DNA of 64,000 bases from an uncultured Gemmatimonadaceae bacterium (GTDB lineage Bacteria; Gemmatimonadota; Gemmatimonadetes; Gemmatimonadales; Gemmatimonadaceae), in contig CAWHHI010000006.1 in NCBI GenBank assembly GCA_963829055.1, positions 32,001-96,000 on the forward strand. Reading direction: 5' to 3'. The notes under the pieces were generated by a model that did no database searches, was not told the DNA's origin, and worked only from the letters and a program-made list of their open reading frames with translations. Positions 13,632 through 26,566 of the stretch are shown here, one piece after another (position 1 is the first letter of the stretch; every line of letters begins with the position of its first letter). The translations under genes were made by a program, and so were the position numbers.

Positions 13632-13632
<1 letters not shown>
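12982..13632 (+). CDS. scoB: 3-oxoacid CoA-transferase subunit B
   Basis: [15 protein letters not shown] (catalytic Glu), [25 protein letters not shown]. Confidence 0.9.
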
Positions 13633-14827
<1,195 letters not shown>

Positions 14828-14864
14828 CCGACGGCAGGTACGTCGTCCGCAACGGGCCTGCGAC

Positions 14865-15325
14865 CTACTGGGGCGGCTCGCTGGCGTCTCGGATGCCCGG
14901 CCGCACCTGGACCACGGTCGCGTTGCCGCCGACCGTCCGGTCGCCCTTCTTCATCCGGAAGCGCACGTTGTAGCGGCCGGCCATCTGGTAGGTGTGCGTG
15001 CTGCTGTAGTAGCGGCGGATCTCGCTCTGGCCCGGTTCGTACGGCGGGCAGTCGGGCGTGTTCTCCGACGTGGTGCCGTCGTCCCAGTCCCAGACGATGG
15101 TGTTGCAGTAGAACGGCTCGTAGTCGACGCGCGCCGCCCTTGAGCTCGGCGCGGACCGAGATCTTGGCTGGCGAGAACGCGATGAGCGGCGACACCTTGA
15201 GCCCGATTTCCGGGCGCGCCTCGTCTTTCGGCGCCTTCGCCGTCCTTCTCCTGCACGGGCGCCTGCGCGGCCGCTGCCACGCTCCACACGCCCACCAGGA
15301 TTGCTGCCCGCCACATGCGCGTCAT
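14865..15325 (-). CDS. Secreted hypothetical protein with PKD-like domain (frameshifted)
   Basis: Signal-like [24 protein letters not shown]-like WDWDDGT...HTY...GRYNV. Confidence 0.55.
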
Positions 15326-15421
15326 CGCTGTTCCTTGCTCGAAAACCGCCGATATCCCGGCATCGTAGCATCCCGCTGCGGTGCGCCGTGCCCGCGGACC
15401 CGCGGTATACAATTCGGGGTC

Positions 15422-16933
15422 ATGCCGTCGCACGAGTTCTACACCACGCCCACGCTGCGTCTGGTGGTCGGGCCCACCGCCAGCGTCGACGCGGACGTGT
15501 TGGTGATCCCCGTCTTTACCGACACCGACCCGACGACACTCGATCTTCCAGACGACGTGACGCAGGGAATGGTCGCGTTGCGCGGCACGCAGGAACTGAA
15601 GGGCGAGCCCTACGAGCAGCATTGGCTGCGTGCTGACGGGGTGGCGGCCGGACGGGTGTTGCTGCTCGGCGGTGGGCCGGCGGCAGTGCCTCCGCCGACG
15701 CTGGCGCGCCGGCTGGGAACCGCGGCCGGCCTGGCCACGCGTACGCGCGGGCCAGGGCCGGGTGGCGATCGTGGCGCACGGCCCGCTGCAGGGCGAGGCC
15801 ACCGTGCGGGCGCTGGCCGAGGGCGTGACACTCGCGGCCTTTCACGTCGACGCCTACAAGACGCGCGATCGCAAGCTCGCCGATCTGCATTCGGCGGCCA
15901 TCGTCGTCTCGACCGGGCGGCGCCGAGTCGCTGGCCGACGCGGTGGCGCTCGGGTCGGTGCTGGGCGAGGCCGTCAACGTCGCGCGCGCCGTCGCCCACG
16001 AGCCGCCCAACGTCCTCACGCCGGCCGTGCTCGCCGATCGCGCGAAGGCCCTGTTCGCCGGGACACCCGTGCAGGTGGACGTGCTCGACGAGGCGCAACT
16101 GCGCGAGAAGCACATGGGCCTGCTGATCGGCGTGGCCCAGGGCAGCGTGCACGCGCCACGCATGATCGTGCTGACCTACGAACCGGCGGAGGCCGTCGGG
16201 CCCGGTGCTCGCGCTGGTGGGCAAGGCGGTCACGTTCGACACCGGCGGCATCTCGATCAAGCCGGCCGACAACATGGACAAGATGAAGTACGACATGTGC
16301 GGGGGCGCCGCCGTGCTCGGCGCCTTCCACGCCATCGCCCGGACCGGCGCACCAGGCAAGGTGATCGGCGTCATCCCGTCGGTGGAGAACATGCCGAGCG
16401 GTGCGGCATTCCGTCCAGGCGACGTCCTCACGGGTGCGAGCGGACTCACCGTCGAGATCACCAACACCGACGCCGAAGGCCGCCTCATCCTCGGCGATGC
16501 CTTGTGGTACGCCAGGCAACTGGGCGCGACGCACCTGGTGGACATCGCGACGTTGACCGGCGCATGTGCGGTGGCGCTCGGCCGTGTCGCGTCCGGCCTC
16601 TTCGGCTCGCCCGACACATGGCGCGACACGGTGCAGGCGGCCGGCGTGCGTGGTGGCGACTTCCTGTGGCCGCTGCCGATGACCGACGACTACAAGGAGC
16701 TGCTCAAGAGCGACATCGCCGACATGGTCAACGCGGCGGGCACTCGCTATGGCGGCGCCATCAGCGCTGCGCTGTTCCTCAAGGCCTTCATCGGCGACAC
16801 CTCCTGGGCGCATCTCGACATCGCTGGCACGGCGTGGGCCGACGAGCCGAAGCCGTACCAGCCGAAGGGCCCGACTGGCGTCGCCGTTCGGACGCTGATC
16901 GAGCTCGCGCGGTCGTCGGCGAGCTGGGGCTGA
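15422..16933 (+). CDS. pepA: Leucyl aminopeptidase M17 (frameshifted)
   Basis: LVGKAVTFDTGGISIK, MKYDM, NTDAEGRL, DIATLTGA, HLDIAG. Confidence 0.92.
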
Positions 16934-16942
16934 CAATGCCTG

Positions 16943-16968
16943 TCCGCCGTAGCCTTGGCGAAGGCGGA
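16943..16968. repeat. Short palindromic repeat TCCGCCGTAGCCTTGGCGAAGGCGGA
   Basis: Hairpin immediately after the pepA stop codon. Confidence 0.45.
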
Positions 16969-17138
16969 TCGCAGGCTCCCGCGCAGCCGAAGTCGGATGC
17001 GCCGCCGCCGGCCCCACCGACTCCGCCGCGACGCGACGAAGGACCATCCCGCGACTCAGCCGGCGATGCCTTCCGGCCCTCCCGCGGGCACGGGCATCCT
17101 GCGCGCGCCTGGTGTGCCGCCGCAGCAACGTGCCCCTG

Positions 17139-17400
17139 ATGTCGATCCAGAAGGACGCGCCGGCAGGGACACGCGTGGAGGTCGGGCCGATCACGCCGGC
17201 CAAGGGCGTGGCCGACGTCCTGATGGGCTCCATCGGCATCGTCTTCATCGCCGTGCTCGCGTCGGTGCTGCTCGGGGCCGTGCTCGGCGGTGTCCTCGTG
17301 CTGGTGAAGCACCGCCTCGGATGGGGCGGTCCGGAGAAGGACGCCGAGCAGCACATCTCGCTCACGGAGAGATACGGCAGGCGTCGGACTCCCAACGAAT
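17139..17400 (+). CDS. Small single-pass membrane hypothetical protein (ends uncertain)
   Basis: Hydrophobic stretch LMGSIGIVFIAVLASVLLGAVLGGVLVLV with high-GC3 codons. Confidence 0.4.
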
Positions 17401-17537
17401 CGCCCAGAGGGATCACTGCAGCGCGGACTCAACACCGTACGCCGGACATCGGCGCCTCGCGGACAGCCCGCGCAGACCGTCACGGACGCGCCGGCGGTGG
17501 CACTGGCACTCTTGCCATTGTGCAAGTGCGGCCGAGT

Positions 17538-19540
17538 CTACTGCGTCCGCGACGCCGTCGTGTTGCCCTTGAGCGATCGCTGGTAGCGGATCACCGCATC
17601 GCGAAGCGCTTCCGCGATCTCCTGCCGATACTTCGAGGTCTTCAGGCGCCCGCCTTCGTCGGGCGTGCTCACGAAGCCGATCTCGGCCAGCACACTCGGC
17701 ATGGACGCCCCGATGAGCACCACGAGCGGGGCCTGCTTGATGCCGCGATCGGGCAACTCGCTCTCGCTCTTGCGCAGCCGCGACACGAGGTTGCCCTGGA
17801 CGATCTCCGCGAGGTCGCGCGACTCGTCGGCCTTGTTGTTCAGCGTGATCGCCTTGACGATGTCGGGGAGCTGTCGCATCGAGCCCTTGGCGATGGCGTT
17901 CTCGCGCGCCGCCACTTCCTCGGCGTCACTCGTGTTGGCGAAGTTGAGGATGAACGTCTCCACGCCCTGCGCGGTCTTCTTCCGGCTGGAATTGGCGTGA
18001 ATCGAGAGGAACATGTCGGCGTTCTGCCGGTTGGCGATCCGCGTCCGTTCCTCGAGTTCGATGAACTCGTCGGTCCGACGCGTCATCACGACATCGATGC
18101 CCGCCTCCTGTTTCAGCAATTTCTCCACGCGGAGGGCGACGTCGAGCACGAGTTCGGCTTCGCGGATGCCGTCGCCGAGCGCGCCGGTGTCGTGGCCGCC
18201 GTGGCCGGCGTCGATGACGATGCGCGAGACACCGAGGCCCAGCTGACGGGCGAGTGAGTAGTTGCCGGAGCTGTTGGATTCGGGTGCCGTCGGCACCACG
18301 GCGACATTCGGGCCGGCAGGCGCGGACCCGTATTGGCGCGTCTGTCGCACGCGTCGTCTCGGCGACCGGCGCGGGTGGCGGGAGCGGGCGCGCCGGCGTC
18401 GTGTTCTTCGGCACGAGCGCGTCGCTACCGGCAGGGCGCGGCCCGGAGGCGACGGCCGTTGGCGCAGACGTCGGCCCCTTCTGCGTCAGTGCGCCGGGCT
18501 CGCGATACATGTCGAGCACGAGCCGGTAGGGGTTGTAGAGCGTGAACAGGCTGTGCCTGGCGACGCCGCGGGTATCGATCACCACGCGCGCGACACCGCC
18601 GGGATGTGTGCCGATGCGAATCTCGCGGACGATGTCGCCGTCCGTGAAGGTCCTGACGCCTTCCTCGATCGCGGGTGCGAGGCTGGCGCCGGTGAGATCG
18701 AAGAACAGGCGTGACGGATTCTGGAGCGCTTCCTCGTGATAGGCGACCTCGCCGTCGAGTTCGATCGTGACACGTACCACTTCCGGCAGGACGACGCGCT
18801 TCACGTCCCGCACCACGACCTTGCCGGCGACGGCCGGCCGTGTCGGGACGTTCGGCATGGCCGGCACGGGCTTGGGCGCCGGTGGGGGAGTGGTGGACGT
18901 ACGGCTTGCCGCGGTGGCTGCGGCCGACGAGGCCGCGGGGCTTTCGTCCACGGTCGCGTCATCGGCCGCCGTCGGTTCCGCCTCGGCGGTCCGGATGTTG
19001 GCCTTGGCGAGTTCGGTGGCGGCGGGCGGAGGCGCGGAGCGCTCGGCCCGTGCGCTTCGCGTGCCGGCGTCTGCCTTGGTCGTCTTTGGCGCCGCCGCCG
19101 AGATCTTGCGCAGGCGCGTCTGGGCGTCGCGCGCGAGCGAACTCGACGGGTACTCCTTCACCAGCCAGCGCAGCATCTCCATCGCGCTGTCGCGCTCCTG
19201 CTTGGCGCCGTAGGAAATGTTGGCGTCGTAGGCCAGGTTGGCGCCGTTCCAGAGGGCGTTGTCGGCGTACCCGCTCGTGGGCCACCTGCGGGCGATTGCC
19301 TCGTAGTCCTCGATCACGGCCCGCATCTGCGAGAGCGGCGCCTGGCGGCGCGACGTGCGCAGCGTGCGTTCGCGCGCCAGCGTCCGATCGTAGGCGCTCC
19401 TGGCAGTGCTCGCGGTCCGAGACGTTGCCGCAGGCGCCGTCTTCGTGGAACCCGGCTTCTTCTTCTGCGCGCCATCCACCGGCGCGACATATGGCCAGGG
19501 CGAGCGTCGCCGCGGCGATGATGCGTAAGCTGCGTCGCAT
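17538..19540 (-). CDS. amiC: N-acetylmuramoyl-L-alanine amidase (helical N-terminus, AMIN domain, Amidase_3), frameshifted
   Basis: IVIDAGHGGHD, EAEL, TR..DEFIELEER, FLSIHAN, VLAEIGF; AMIN-like RLFFDL/RLVLD; signal peptide. Confidence 0.85.
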
Positions 19541-19549
19541 AGGAAGTCC

Positions 19550-21120
19550 TCAGCGCAGTTGCGCGTCCACCTCGTCGAAGTAGTCCTTGGGCACGAGCAC
19601 CTCGCGGGCCTTGCCGCCCTGGCCGCTCGAGACCAGCCCTTCGGCCTCCATCATGTCCACCAGGCGCGCGGCACGGCTGAAGCCGATGCGCAGCCGTCGC
19701 TGCAGGTAGCTGATCGATGCCTGCGCGCTCGACACCACGATGCGCGCCGCCTCGTCGTAGAGGTCGTCCTTCTCGAATCCGCCCGCCATCGTCTCGCCCG
19801 ACTTCTCCTCGTCGGTGATCGATCGGTCGTACGACGGCTGGCCCTGCTTGCGCAGGAAGCTCGCCAGTCGCGCGCTCTCCTGCTCCGAGATGTAGGCGCC
19901 ATGCAGGCGCATGACGCGCGAGGACGCGGGCGGCAGGAAGAGCATGTCGCCCTTGCCGAGCAACTGCTCGGCGCCGTTGGCGTCGAGGATCGTCCGTGAG
20001 TCGACCTTGGACGACACGCGGAAGGAGATGCGCGACGGCATGTTGGCCTTGATCAGGCCGGTGATGACGTCCACCGACGGACGCTGCGTCGCGAGGATCA
20101 GGTGGATGCCGACCGCACGCGCCATCTGCGCGAGTCGGCAGATGGATTGCTCGACCTCGCTCGAGGCCACCATCATCAGGTCCGCGAGTTCGTCGATGAC
20201 GACGACGACGAACGGCAGCGGCTTGAGGGCTTCGCCGGTCTTCGAGTCGGTCCGCACCTCGCCGGCGTCGATCGACGCCTTGAGGTTGCGGTTGAACTGC
20301 TCGATGTTGCGGACGCCGAACGCGGCCAGCGTCTTGTAACGCTCTTCCATCTCCCGCACGGCCCAGCGCAGCGCATTGGCCGCGAGCTTGGGCTCGACCA
20401 CGACCGGCGTGAGCAGGTGGGGGATGTCCTCGTACATGCCGAGTTCGAGGCGCTTCGGGTCGATCATGATGAAGCGCACCTGATCCGGCGTGGCGCGGTA
20501 GAGGATGCTCGTCAGCATCGCGTTGAGGCCGACCGACTTGCCCGTGCCGGTCGACCCGGCGATGAGCAGGTGCGGCATCGTCGCCAGGTCGCTGACGTAG
20601 GGCTCGCCGTGGATGGTCTTGCCGAGCGCGATCGCCAGCTTGGAACTGGACTTCCGGTACGGCTCCGACTCGAGCAGTTCGCGCAGCGAGATCGACTCGC
20701 GGACGGGGTTCGGGATCTGGATGCCGACGGTGCTCTTGCCAGGAATGCGATCGATCAGCACCGACTCGGCACGCATGGCCAGGGAGAGATCCTCGGACAG
20801 CCCCGTGATCTTGCTGTACTTCACGCCCGCATCGGGCTTGAACTCGTAGGTCGTGACGACCGGTCCCGGCAGGATCTGGACGACGGTGCCTTCGACGGAG
20901 AACTCGCGGCACTTGTCCTCGAGTTGTCGCGCCGAATCCATCAACTCCCGCTCGTCCACCTTGCGCTCGGCCTGGGCCGGGTCGAGCAGCGCGAGCGGCG
21001 GCAGCGTGTAGCCGCCGGCCTTGCGCTCGGCGGGCGCCTTCAACTCGGACTCGTGCTCGGCCAGCGACGTGGGTGTTGGCGTCGGCGAGACGCGCACGGG
21101 CTGCGGGCGAACGCGGCTAC
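19550..21120 (-). CDS. ftsK: DNA translocase FtsK, 5'-truncated (membrane domain absent)
   Basis: PGPVVTTYE, MPHLLIAGSTGTGKS, IDPKRLEL, VIDELADLM, ATQRPSVDV, LLGKGDML, gamma domain QRRLRIGFSRAAR. Confidence 0.93.
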
Positions 21121-21130
21121 CGCGGTTACA

Positions 21131-21188
21131 TAAGCCACTGTAAAGCCACTGTAAGTGCTGGCCAATCCTCCCATAAGCACGAGGTAAG
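21131..21188 (+). promoter_or_regulatory. Phased TAAG direct-repeat array (~11 bp period), putative winged-helix regulator operator
   Basis: TAA(G) at 21131, 21141, 21152, 21174 and 21185; AGCCACTGTAA exactly duplicated at 21133-21154. Confidence 0.55.
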
Positions 21189-21257
21189 AGCGCCCTCACA
21201 GTTTCCTGCGCGTCGCCGGCACGGTGCCGGCGAGGGCGATCACAATCGGAGGCATTC

Positions 21258-22222
21258 GTGCTGGCGACTCGCGACGACGTGTACCAGAACTTCCCGTCCA
21301 CGGCTCCCACCCGCTACGAGACGCTCTCGGCGGCCCAGTCACTCGCCTCGCTCGAGCGTGCCCTCCACACCCTGCTTTCTCCCTTCGATTACTCGAGCGC
21401 CGGCGAGTGGCTCGACGCCGCCTGTACCGCCATGGGCGAGGTCACCGGCAGCGAGTTCCGCATGCCGACCGTCACGTCAGGCGAAACCGCCTGGGACGCG
21501 ATCGAGCGTGCGCTCGACGCGTACGCCGCGCGTGTAAGCGCCGACGCCACGGCCCGGAGAATCTGCAGCGAGCCGCGATGATCCGCGTGCTCGTGCCGCC
21601 CGTTCAAGGCTGGCGTGTCGGAATGGCGTCGTCTCGCGGCGCGTCGCACCGAGCTCGCCGCGCTGCTCGACGCGATCCCGGAGCCGGTGCTGATGTACGA
21701 CGGTGCGGGCGGACTCGTTCACGCCAATCCCCGCGCGGCCGAGTTGTTCGGCATGCCGGGCGCGGCCGGGCCGGGCGCTCAGGTTCGCACCGAAGCGCAG
21801 CGCATGGCCTGGAGCCTGGCCGCCGCGGCGCAGCGATCGGTCGAAGGATGCGGCGAACGAGTCGAAGGCCACCAACACGCCGGCGCTTCGCGAAGTCCGA
21901 GCCGACGGTCGGGTCTACCGCCTGCGCGGCACGCTGGCGACGGGCTGGATGCCGGGCGGCGAGGCCGGCGTGCTCGTGACGGCCGCGTTCGAGCTCGTGA
22001 ATCCGCTGACCGACCTCGAGCTGCCGTAGCCGCTACGGCCTGAGCGCGCGCGAAGTCGAGGTCGCGCGTCTCGTCGCGACCGGCTTGTCGAACCAGGAAG
22101 TCGCTGAGCAGTTGGGCGTCAGCTACTTCACCGCGCGCAACCACGTCGAGCGCGTGCTGTCGAAGCTCGGCGTCGGCAACCGTTCGCGCGTGGGTGCGGT
22201 GCTGCGCAACGAGGCCGCGTGA
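21258..22222 (+). CDS. LuxR-family regulator with PAS-like middle region (frameshifted)
   Basis: LLDAIPEPVLMYD..G.LVHANPRA; C-terminal GLSAREVEVARLVATGLSNQEVAEQLGVSYFTARNHVERVLSKLG. Confidence 0.8.
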
Positions 22223-22315
22223 ACGCGGAGCTGGTAGCGGCGATTCAGGCGATGCGGAATCGGCAATCGAGCCTGCCAGCTGACCGAGCTCTGATCGCTC
22301 CGATCCCGCTCCCGC

Positions 22316-25233
22316 TTACGCCGTCACCGCCTTGATCTCGTCGTGCAGCTCGCGGGTCTCTTCCTCCGGCTCGGCGTCCAGCTCCTTGCGAAGCCGCTCA
22401 CTGAATCGCTGATAGAGCCGCAGCGCCTGCGCTCGCTCGCCGACGCGAGCATAGCACCGCATCAGCGCGCGCGTCGCGTCCTCGTTCAGGTCGTCGCGCG
22501 CGAGCAGGCGACGATACGCATCCGCCGCTTTCGCGTTGCGCTCCTCCTTCGCGTGCCGGTCGCCGAGCTCCATCAGCGCGTCGACGAACAGGCGCTGCAG
22601 CCGATCGCGATGCTCGAGCTGCCAGTCGCCCGCCGGCTCGCCGTCCAGGAAATCGCCGCGGAATCGCGCGACCGCGCGCTCGAGTGCCGCAACGGCGCCG
22701 TCTTCCCGACGCTTCAGCGCCCGCCGCGCCGCGACGATCTCGCGCTCGAACTCCGCGACGTCGAACTCCGCGACCACTTCCGGATCGACTCGGTAGCGGT
22801 CGTTCGACGAGCGTGATCCAGTCGGGGTTGCGCAGCGCTTTGCGCAGGCGATGCAGCGTGACGTGGAAGCTGTTGCGGAGCTGCGTCGGACGACGCCTCC
22901 GGCCAGAACGCGAGGCCGACCTGCTCCTTCGTTCGACCGTCGGGATGCATCAGCAGATAGACGAGCAGCTCGCGCGGCCGCGCCGATCCCCACACGGTCG
23001 TGTCGATCGCCTCGTTGCCGACGAAGACCTGCAGCGGGCCTAACGCGAGCACGCGCAGCGTGTCCGTGGCGGGCGGAGCGACCGGCGGCGTCACGGGCAC
23101 GTCGCCGAGTACGGGCACCCGGTATTCCGCGGTCTGCATGCCGCCGGCGTCGCTCGCGATCTGAGCGACCTCCTCCATCGGCATCGTGCGGCCCTCGTCG
23201 TACATCCGCTCGTAGTAGCCGCCCAGCTGCTCGCGCGCGATCGTCGACGAGTCGCTCGCGCTCGCCGCGGTCCGACGCCGGCAGCGCGATCGCGACGCGC
23301 TCGCGCAGCGCGTCGACCGCACCCATGAGGCGAACGCCATCCGCGTATCGCTCGCGGCGATCACGAGGCCGGCGAGTCCCTCGAGGTCGAGCGCGAGTCC
23401 CCAGCCATCGCCGATCTCGAGGTGCACGCGGAGACCATCGCTCAGTCGAGCGTACGCCTCGTCGTACTCGCCCAGCTTGCAGAGCACCCTGCCGAGCATC
23501 GCGCACGAGTGCGCGAATGACGTGCGATGGCTGATCTGCCTGCCGAAGCGAACACCGTCCTCGAACATTTCGCGCGCGAGCTGGAGCTCGCCGCGCACGA
23601 CCGCGCCCCATCCGCGCCAGAAGCGGATGAAGGAGTGCAGAATCGAAAGCGGCAGCGGCTTCGCGAGCTCGTACGACTCGTCGAGCAGCTGACCGGCGAG
23701 CGACGTTGTCGCCGAGCATGATGTACGTGGCGCCGAGCTTGGAGAGCACGAACGCGATCGACGACGACGTCGCCGTGGGCTCGGAACAGCGCCAGGCTCT
23801 CCGCGAACGACTCGCGGCGACTGCTCGTAGTCGCCCTGCGCGAGCGCGCTCAGTCCGTCGGCCGCGAGCGCTCGCGCGCGCAGCAGCGGATCGACGTCCG
23901 GCGCGTTCGCGAGCGCGCGGGCGATCTGCTCGCGCGCCTGCGTGAAACTGTCCCGAGCCGTACCAATACCCCGTGCCGTACCAGTACCAGAACAGCGCAT
24001 CGGCGAAGCGCAGCGCCTCCTCGGCGCGCGACGGATCGTTCGCAGCCCACGCGGACGCGTCGCGGAGGTTGTCGTGCTCGACGGCAATGCGCGCGAGGAG
24101 TCCGGGCTCGTGTTCGCCGCCGATCAGCAGCGGCGCAAAGCGCTCGGCGAACTCGAGATAGTGGCGCGCGTGGCGCTCGCGGTAATGCGCGACGGCGCTC
24201 TGCTGGTTCAGGAGCGTCGAAGCCGTACTGCCGCACCGTCTCGAGCAGGCGATAGCGCGCGACGCCGTCGCCCGGCTTCCATGACGACGAGCGACTTGTC
24301 GACGAGCGCGGCGACGCCGTCGAGAATGTCTTCCGCCTCGAGCGGATCGCCGACGCAGACGGCTTCCGCTGCCTCGAGCGAGAAGCTTCCGGCGAAGACC
24401 GCGAGTCGGCAGAGGAGCGCCTGCTCGCGTCGATCGAGGAGCCCGTAGCTCCAGTCCATCGTGCCGCGCAGCGTTCGCTGGCGCGGTAGTGCCGTGCGAC
24501 TGCCGGTAGTGAGCAGACGAAATGCGTCGTCGAGCCGCGAGGCGATCTGCTCCGCGCGACAGCACGCGAACGCGCGCCGCGGCGAGCTCGATGGCGAGCG
24601 GAATGCCATCGAGTCGGCGGCAGATGTCGCGAACCGCGTTCGCATTCGCGTCCGTCAGCTCGAACGACGGCATCGACGCCTGCGCGCGCTCGACGAACAG
24701 CTGAATCGCTTCGGCGCCGCCGAGCGGCGGAACGAGCCACGCCGTTTCGCTCGGGATGCCGAGCGCTTCGCGGCTCGTCGCGAGGATGCTGAGCTTCGGG
24801 CATGCGCGAAGCAATTGCTCCACCAACTCGGCCGCCGCGTCGACGAGGTGCTCGCAGTTGTCGAGGACGAGGAGCATCGCGTGTCGCCGATCGTCGCGAT
24901 GAGCGCTTCCGCCGGGCGGCCGCCGCGATCGGGGATGTGGAGCGCGGTCGCGACCTCGCGGGCGAGGGTCGTCGGGTCGGCGATCGGAGCGAGGTCGACC
25001 CATCCGATTCGCGCGTATCGGCCTGCCTCCGCGGCGGCGACCTCGCGCGCGAGCCGCGTCTTGCCGCTTCCGCCGGCACCGGTCAGCGTGAGGAGACGGG
25101 TGGCGCCGATCAGGCGTCCGAGCTCGGTCAGCTCATGGCCGCGACCGATGAACCGCGTCAGGTGGACGGGTAGATCGGCGCTTGGGGACTGGTTCGAGAG
25201 GAGCGGTGGAGACGGCGGGGCAGACGTCGACAT
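22316..25233 (-). CDS. STAND/NB-ARC-like ATPase + TPR + C-terminal wHTH-BTAD transcriptional regulator (frameshifted)
   Basis: [49 protein letters not shown]-terminal [36 protein letters not shown]. Confidence 0.85.
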
Positions 25234-25396
25234 CCAGAGGGCGCTGCGAGGGGGCGGGCGACTTCGATGGGACGGCAACGATAGGAAACGGACCGCTCGT
25301 ACTCAAGCGATCTGTCCCAATTTCGTCGCGGCCGATCACTGTGCATCTCCGACTCATCGGCGACGATCGCCGACTCGGGAACACGGTCGGGGAATT

Positions 25397-25948
25397 TTAG
25401 CGCGCGGTTGGCGCGATGCCGAGACTCGCGTTGAGCGCTCGTGTGCCGCCGTTTGCGCTGCCGTTCGTCTCGCCGAGGAACGCCTCGGTTCGCCGGAGCG
25501 AGTCCGCGGGCGACCATTCGGGCAGGATCCACAGTGTGCGATCGCTGGCCGGCTGGCCGCCGTTCGAGGTTGTCGTCAGGAGGATGAGGCGGCGTACCGT
25601 GAAGTCGTCGGTCGTCGCGAGGTCGAGCGCAGCGCTGAACGCGGCGTCGCCGGCAATCAGGACGATGGACGATACGCCGATGCCCTCGATGAACCCGCGC
25701 AGCCACACGCTGACGTCCGCGTCCGCAGTGGGTGGAGGCTGCGGGACGAACACGCGGTGTGAGGTGGCGAGCCACTCGACCAGGGGCGTCCAGACCGGGC
25801 TCGCGTGGGTGTCCGCGCCGACGACCACGACCGCGGGCCCGCTGCCGCGCCGGACGTAGCGCGTAACGTGCTCGCCAACACGCACTTCGGCGCAGGGGCC
25901 GAGTGACGTGGTCGAGTTCGTGGTGCAGAGGTCGAGGAGGTTGCTCAC
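25397..25948 (-). CDS. Hypothetical protein with degenerate alpha/beta-hydrolase-like fold
   Basis: RYVRRGSGPAVVVV...W..LATSHRVFVP; no GxSxG motif. Confidence 0.5.
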   Translation of the reverse strand: MSNLLDLCTTNSTTSLGPCAEVRVGEHVTRYVRRGSGPAVVVVGADTHASPVWTPLVEWLATSHRVFVPQPPPTADADVSVWLRGFIEGIGVSSIVLIAGDAAFSAALDLATTDDFTVRRLILLTTTSNGGQPASDRTLWILPEWSPADSLRRTEAFLGETNGSANGGTRALNASLGIAPTAR

Positions 25949-26566
25949 GGGATGGAAATTCGCCGCGAGCGCTTACATGCTGCTTACGGAACCGCTGCCG
26001 GGTTTGAGGATTTCGCGAAATCTTTCGCGCGTGAGGCGAGGCCAAGCGTTCCGGGGTCGTCGCGACCTGGAAGCTCTCTCCCTCCTGTTCTTCGCGCTGC
26101 TGAGGCTTCGGGGATCCTGCCGTGGTCTCTGCGCCGGCGAGCCACGCCGGAGGGGCACCGCAACGACTTGGAAGTTTTCGCCAAGGTCGATCGACGGTCA
26201 GGCCTAGTCGAGCGTGTAGAGTGTTGCCGAACACGTCCCCTACAATGCCATCCGTAACCCCATCCGTACATCATGTCTGAGTACAGCCGGCTCGGCGTTA
26301 GGCCATGCCGGCGAACTCCGCCATTTCGGGTCTGCAATGGCTGAGTGGGCGTTAGGCACCGCCGCAACGCCGCGGCGGTGGCGCGACAAGGCGACGGTGA
26401 GATTCAGGCTCGTCGCTGTCATGCCGGTCCGTCGCTTGCAAACCGTCCGCAATCCTGCTCGAGAGGTCCAGGGCACAGCAGTGCTCGGCCTCACCAGACC
26501 ACGGTCTCGTAGGCGGTTCGTTTCGGAGCCGTGGATGAAGAGGATGCACAGCAGATGGAGGTTCGC

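Noticed and set aside
21121..21310. N-terminal extension of FtsK in the ORF track
   Set aside because: It crosses the junction into non-coding, AT-richer DNA and has no FtsK membrane domain.
25990..26560. Small ORF (MMYGWGYGWH...) or ncRNA in the intergenic region
   Set aside because: Only a 9-bp duplication (CCATCCGTA) and two heptamers are visible, with no RBS, family motif or convincing structure.
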